Shown: positions 55,801-59,952 of the stretch, one piece after another | How positions within the stretch are numbered: position 1 is the first letter of the stretch | Layout: the number at the start of each line of letters is the position of its first letter | IMG/VR virus record: IMGVR_UViG_3300020280_000003 | Span: 1-59,952 of that record | DNA length: 59,952 bases | From: a virus | Lineage: Duplodnaviria > Caudoviricetes | Reading direction: 5' to 3' (one strand) | Notes under the pieces: model-generated | The model's database searches: none | Told to the model about the DNA's origin: nothing | Seen by the model: only the letters and a program-made list of their open reading frames with translations | Translations under genes and position numbers: made by a program

Positions 55801-58800
55801 TACTATAGACTTCAGTATGCTTCTCTTCGGATAGCTCACTAAGTTCTGGTTTCTTAGAGCAGAGACTAATAAATCCAGTGGTCTCGTATGCATATTGAAC
55901 CCTAAGATCTCCACCGCTGATTGCGAATAGAGAACCAGAACCTTCATGTGCAAGACGAATTCCTGGATCTCCAGATGTACCAACGAATGTGAAGATTGGT
56001 TCTTCGGTTGGTGGGACTGAAGTAGTAGACTCTGCTCCGCCAGAGTATGCAAATAGACTTCCTGTTCCTGTAATTCCAACAGTAATACCAATTCTAGATT
56101 CACTAACAAATCTGAATAGACCGTCGCCAGGTTGTAGTAGACTGAAGTTAGTCTTAGCATCTCCGCTAAGTTTGATCCCACCACTACCAATTTCACTAGC
56201 AAATAGTGGAGAGATTGCAACACCACTAATATCAATAAATCCACGACCCTGATAATTTGGTGTAAAGCTTCCAATGCCAGTACCGAAGATATCAATCTCA
56301 CCGTAGATACATGCAGGCAATCCTTGTCTTGGAGTTCCAAGGATATGACCGTGATCAACTAGAGGCGAAGCGTTCTCTGCAACGAATCCATAATCCAGAG
56401 TGGAAGATGGAACTGTGTATTGAGGAGTAATGGTGTAGGTAACACCTGGGTCAACCGCTAACGAATTGAGTACCTTGGTACATCCAGTTGCAGATGTGGT
56501 ATCTGTAGAAATAACACCATCAACATCAACACAGGAAACTGCATTTGGATCAATAATAAATCCATAATCTGGTTCGGTAAATGGTACAATGGAACTACAG
56601 TTGTAACTGTAAACCTTGACTTCCTCAAGATTATTGAATCCGAAGAGTCCACCAGAACCAACGTAATCATATACAGTTCTTTCAACCGCAGTTTGTAGAG
56701 TGAATAGGACACCACTACCAACCCAGTTAGGATTGAAGGCAAACGATCCTTCTCCATTGAAAGAGAATAATAGATCTCTTTCGTCTGGATTGACAGTAAG
56801 AGATTCTGCTGCACCACCGAGAGTTGGAATAGATCCATCACCAAATATACCAACACCGATTCCAATCTGAGATTCACTATGGAATCCGAATAGACCATCG
56901 CCAGGTCCAAGAAGACTGAAGTTGGTAATTGAATCGCCACCAAGTTTCCTGATGGTTCCTGAACCAAATACCGTAACGTCAAGAGGAACTCTACCTTCAC
57001 CGAAGAGTCTGATGCCACCTTGAGATATCCAGTTAGGTGCAAGACTATTGACAGCTGCACCTGTAATATCAATATGACCGTAAATACATCCTGGCAATCC
57101 AAGACGTGGAGTGCCAAGAATATCTCCAAAGTCTGCAAGAGGAGATGCGGGAACTGGTACTAATCCATAATCTAAGATATTGGATGCAATAGTATTCTGA
57201 GGTCTTACTGAGTAAGTAACACCTTGATTAACTGTTAACGAATTGAGTACCTTGATACATCCAGACGTTGTTGTTTCACTCGTAGAAATAACACCGTCAA
57301 CATCAACACATGCAATTGCTCCTGTGTTGATAATAAATCCGTAGTCGTTTTCTGGGAAAGGAACGATAGAACTGCAGTTGTAATCGTATACCTTTTTCTC
57401 TTCAAGATTATTAAATCCGAAGATTCTTCCAGATCCAACATAATCATATACAGTTCTCTCAACTGCAGTCTGAAGTGTAAACAGAACACCACTACCGACC
57501 CAGTTGGGATTGAAGGCAAACTCTGCTTCTCCAGTAAAGGAGAACAATAGATCTTTTTCTTCTGGATTGAAGGTGATAGATTCCGCAGCACCACCAAGAG
57601 TAGGAAGTTGTCCTTCTCCAGTAATACCAACTCCAATACCAATTAGAGATTCGCTGTGGAATCCGAATAGACCATCGCCAGGTTGCAACAATGCAAAGTT
57701 GGTGATAGAGTCTCCACCAAGTTTTCTGATGGTTCCTGTACCAAATACAGATACATCCAGAGGAACACTTGCTTCACCAGAAATTTTGCTGATGTATCCA
57801 CGACTTGTCCACGTTGGATTGAATGCATATGCTGCACCATTATGTGGATCAAGCGTAAACAATCCGAATGGAATAAGATTGCTCGTCGTTAAGATATGAC
57901 CGAAGTCTACCTGAGGAGCTGCAGGGAATGTTACATCTCCATAATCAATGAACGTAGATGCTGCATTAGCACCAAGACTTACACTATAATTCGTTCCAGG
58001 ATCAACACTCGCAGTTGAATTTACCCGTACAATACATCCAGTAGATGTTCCAGATAATGTTCCTGTTACATCCTCAATATCATTAGGATTGCATATGGTT
58101 AGGTAACCATAGTCAACCTTAGAGAATGGAATAATACTGTTGTTAATGTAACACTCAGTATGCTTCTCTTCTTTTGTACTAGACAGTTTAAGTCCACCTG
58201 ATCCAGCGAACGCATTTGTAGCGCGTTGCTGTCCGCCAGAGAAGGTGAATAGATTTCCGAATCCTGTTTCGTGTACAAGAGTAATATCTCTTGCAGCACC
58301 TGTAATCTTACCAAGATATCCGCGACTGGTCCATGTTGGTAAGAATGCATCGTCTGCACTTGCAATCGTAAATAGACTGCCTGAACCAAAGACACCAACA
58401 CCAATACCGATAGGCGATTGTCCAAGTATGGAGGTAGTTCCCGCACCGTCGTGCTTGCCAGAAAATACCCCCAGACTTGTACCGCCAAGACCCTTGACTT
58501 TTCCGTCAACGATATAACCGTATACTGCTGGTGAAGTCTGTCTACCAAAGGTAAACGCAATACCCGTACCTTCGTATGTGTTAGTCGCCTTCCAAGACGC
58601 TTCGCTAACAACCTTAACAAATCCGAAGGGTTCTACAGTAGTTACATAAACAATTCTTCCACGATCTTCTACCTTAGCATTGAGATCTGAAATACTACCA
58701 AGATTTATTGTTGGCAGTGTTGGTGTATATGTGTAAGTATATGTAAGAGACTTGAAACCATAATGATCCCAGTTGTTGCCACTATGATCTGGTTGGATTA

Positions 58801-59611
58801 ACCTAAACTGTGTTCCCGCTGTTCTCGCTACAGAAGGGATTGTAATCTCTACAGATTTTAAAGTATTGAATGTAGCGTCATTATATGCTACTACAGTATC
58901 AATAGAAGTCCATGAACTTCCATCATAATACTCTAAGTTTAAACTTTCTGCTACAATATCTGGATCTTCACCACCATTATTATCATTACCTCTGATTACT
59001 TCAAAGGTTAGTGAAGAATTAATATTGTTTGGTAAACTGAACTCTACTGTTCTAGGTTTATTTGTGCTGTTGAATCTAATATGTCTACCGATATTAAACC
59101 CACCAGTAGTACCTGTTCCTGTTCCAGTATCTGACAGGAAAGTATTTGATAAGGTGGCATTTAAACTATCAACATCAACAGTTTCTGTTGTAGTTACTGG
59201 AGTTGCATTAAATGATAACGTACCATAGTCTATCTCCGAATAGAAATCTATGATACTTGGTTCGTATACGTATGTTCTAGAAACATCCGCATTTACAAAT
59301 TTCTTGAAACTTCCTGTGCCTATTACAGATACATTTACAGGAGGTGCATAAATGTTAGTGACAATACTTGCTGCACCAACAAATCTAGGAGATTCTCCAC
59401 CTACAATTAAAATTGCAGTATTATTAGAGACACCTGTAGATCCAAAATCTGATACGGTGCCATAGTTTACATCAGAAATTCTTTGAGTCTGACGTTGTTG
59501 AAATAAAAACTTTGCTACTACTTCACTTGATAAGCTGCTTACATCATCATTCGCGTAGTCGCGAATATAATGTGAAAGTATTCCTCCCGACTTATAGGAA
59601 TAAGAAGCCAT
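52856..59611 (-). CDS. Giant repetitive virion structural protein (2251 aa)
   Basis: Rich in G/S/T/F; many GxGxLxxxSGAAESxTxNPxExxMLFSFxG repeats and DYG motifs. Confidence 0.85.
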   Translation of the reverse strand: MASYSYKSGGILSHYIRDYANDDVSSLSSEVVAKFLFQQRQTQRISDVNYGTVSDFGSTGVSNNTAILIVGGESPRFVGAASIVTNIYAPPVNVSVIGTGSFKKFVNADVSRTYVYEPSIIDFYSEIDYGTLSFNATPVTTTETVDVDSLNATLSNTFLSDTGTGTGTTGGFNIGRHIRFNSTNKPRTVEFSLPNNINSSLTFEVIRGNDNNGGEDPDIVAESLNLEYYDGSSWTSIDTVVAYNDATFNTLKSVEITIPSVARTAGTQFRLIQPDHSGNNWDHYGFKSLTYTYTYTPTLPTINLGSISDLNAKVEDRGRIVYVTTVEPFGFVKVVSEASWKATNTYEGTGIAFTFGRQTSPAVYGYIVDGKVKGLGGTSLGVFSGKHDGAGTTSILGQSPIGIGVGVFGSGSLFTIASADDAFLPTWTSRGYLGKITGAARDITLVHETGFGNLFTFSGGQQRATNAFAGSGGLKLSSTKEEKHTECYINNSIIPFSKVDYGYLTICNPNDIEDVTGTLSGTSTGCIVRVNSTASVDPGTNYSVSLGANAASTFIDYGDVTFPAAPQVDFGHILTTSNLIPFGLFTLDPHNGAAYAFNPTWTSRGYISKISGEASVPLDVSVFGTGTIRKLGGDSITNFALLQPGDGLFGFHSESLIGIGVGITGEGQLPTLGGAAESITFNPEEKDLLFSFTGEAEFAFNPNWVGSGVLFTLQTAVERTVYDYVGSGRIFGFNNLEEKKVYDYNCSSIVPFPENDYGFIINTGAIACVDVDGVISTSETTTSGCIKVLNSLTVNQGVTYSVRPQNTIASNILDYGLVPVPASPLADFGDILGTPRLGLPGCIYGHIDITGAAVNSLAPNWISQGGIRLFGEGRVPLDVTVFGSGTIRKLGGDSITNFSLLGPGDGLFGFHSESQIGIGVGIFGDGSIPTLGGAAESLTVNPDERDLLFSFNGEGSFAFNPNWVGSGVLFTLQTAVERTVYDYVGSGGLFGFNNLEEVKVYSYNCSSIVPFTEPDYGFIIDPNAVSCVDVDGVISTDTTSATGCTKVLNSLAVDPGVTYTITPQYTVPSSTLDYGFVAENASPLVDHGHILGTPRQGLPACIYGEIDIFGTGIGSFTPNYQGRGFIDISGVAISPLFASEIGSGGIKLSGDAKTNFSLLQPGDGLFRFVSESRIGITVGITGTGSLFAYSGGAESTTSVPPTEEPIFTFVGTSGDPGIRLAHEGSGSLFAISGGDLRVQYAYETTGFISLCSKKPELSELSEEKHTEVYSMDLCIDQPELDYGRIVDTNAAVVCVDVDGTISTDTTAATGCTRVTQGSTLSVDPGVTYTLPAFTTVPTVFADYEDVSDPQDGFADYGHILDTTGLVCPFGSIGTLRGTLVEKYSRDTSLFTESTVIKIVGDAFIVVPPQWNNISPPIPVRGVAETPFALRTFGGGSLFGFSSATESVRYSPDEVQLLFKVSPGPFSRFVTYDWQPSWVSQGTIPVSGIAETPRTRAFAGFGSLFGINGAAEAVSFNPPDITTDIKLSGVLTESFTVPYTGTGSLFTLNNLVERVLVHYVTTGTIQVSGVADTDRTRAFVGTGTLRKFAGASESLTVNPEERQMLFSFTGELKEAFIANPPEEGTEIKLSGTTEPEILTFAEQPFGTISVFGVAKTHYVPSVVGTGTFRKFSGASESLTVNPEERQMLFSFTGEGSETHTENYFGIQKAIRIRRGALSDFETFDWQPSWVVSGTIPVSGEAKTNFSLLHNGSGSLRKLSGAAESVTFNPEERQMLFSFTGTRIAETTSVVEFSSGTLFGIGGLSESFAASPEVLVNLKVSGEVFIRFVPNNVGFGNIFAINGAAESITVNPDERQMLFSFTGEASESFSVAEVKQVEIDITGDGEEIFSAVYTGSGSAKVSGDVFERFVPNYIGSGSFRKLSGASESVTFNPDEKQMLFSFIGEGTERVLVREISKGGTITFSGTSGDPLLTFAEQPFVQTKISGKVFFTTHRSIVGTGSLFGFGGAAESAGVVPQTEQVLFKVSGDSINKISVLHVGSGSLRKLSGAAESVTFNPDEKQMLFSFTGAGTENTTAREVSQGGLFKASGEAGVLVRFAHTGEGTISISGDAHTTRARDFVGFGTIPTLSGAAESLTVNPDERNLLFSFHGERISEKLTTREFGTPGKFTLQGTSGDPLLTFAEQPFVKIDVAGIGAITRVRAYAGSGTLFGFFSGDEAFAPAPYIASGSIKVNGFAIVQVQLFQPQRAYVWMI
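53445..54364. repeat. 59-bp identical direct repeat (53445-53503 and 54306-54364) within the coding repeats
   Basis: TCTGGATTGAACGTAACAGATTCTGCCGCACCAGATAGTTTTCTGAGTGAACCAGAACC occurs twice; near-copies lie around 53200, 53820, 54570 and 54820. Confidence 0.85.
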
Positions 59612-59622
59612 AACGCAGCATT

Positions 59623-59650
59623 AAAAATGGGGATTGCAAAGCAACCCCCA
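59623..59650 (-). terminator. Rho-independent terminator
   Basis: TGGGGGTTGC-TTT-GCAATCCCCA-TTTTT. Confidence 0.75.
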
Positions 59651-59689
59651 CAAAAAGATGACTAAAAATTGGGTCTCTAATATATAGGG

Positions 59690-59952
59690 TCAGTCTAGGC
59701 TGACATTTAGAGTAACCTTAATTTGGTCACCGTTGTTTTGAATAGCGTATGGACCATTCGTGAATCTCTCAGCAAAGAAGATGCTGCTGTAGAGAGTCGC
59801 GTCACCAGTGCCCTGTAGAGCAGGAGTTGTGGTGAAGGTTGAAGACGTTGGAGTCTCAAATACGGTGTAGTGTGCAGCAGGAATAGAGCTGCTGGAACCT
59901 TGTGCGATGTAGATAACATCACCAGGATTTAGGTTATGGTCAAGTGCCGAAC
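59690..59952 (-). CDS. C-terminal part of a virion structural protein (start outside the window)
   Basis: Hand translation ...LYSSIFFAERFTNGPYAIQNNGDQIKVTLNVSLD-stop at 59690. Confidence 0.75.
   Translation of the reverse strand, partial: SALDHNLNPGDVIYIAQGSSSSIPAAHYTVFETPTSSTFTTTPALQGTGDATLYSSIFFAERFTNGPYAIQNNGDQIKVTLNVSLD

Noticed and set aside
52861-57642. Long alternative-frame ORFs (430, 476, 241, 226 aa) inside the giant gene
   Set aside because: Their L/V/Q-rich, low-information translations are expected from the biased, repeated codons of the main frame, and I saw no initiation signals.
1-59952. Introns, inteins, homing endonucleases and tRNAs
   Set aside because: gp43, gp17, gp20, gp23, gp46 and uvsW are uninterrupted and of ordinary length. 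The intergenic gaps are short and show no cloverleaf by eye; tRNAscan and Infernal were not run.

Overview
A 60-kb segment of a T4-like marine cyanomyovirus (Synechococcus/Prochlorococcus phage type), coded almost entirely on the minus strand. In transcription order (right to left) it holds: large virion/fibre genes (a 2251-aa repeat protein, a 1561-aa protein, a small adaptor and a tandem-duplicated tip+chaperone pair); neck and packaging genes gp13-14-15-16; a variable island of auxiliary metabolic genes (petE, PTOX, gnd, an unannotated NdhP-like microprotein, zwf, many membrane microproteins); gp17-18-19-20-21-22-23; gp3, uvsY, uvsW, gp55, gp47, gp46; a VWA/HEXXH protein with CobS; gp45, speD, gp44, dam, gp62, regA, hsp20, gp43, uvsX and a partial gp41. 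I saw no tRNA, CRISPR array, intron or intein. The most notable signals beyond the ORF track are: a candidate A_AAA_AAG -1 frameshift gene upstream of petE, the NdhP-like gene between gnd and zwf, back-to-back sigma70 promoters that would fire an antisense RNA upstream of gp55, a twin promoter motif on the CobS pair, a duplicated fibre-tip cassette and a reelin-like domain in the giant virion protein. All family assignments come from motif recognition by eye; no database searches were run.
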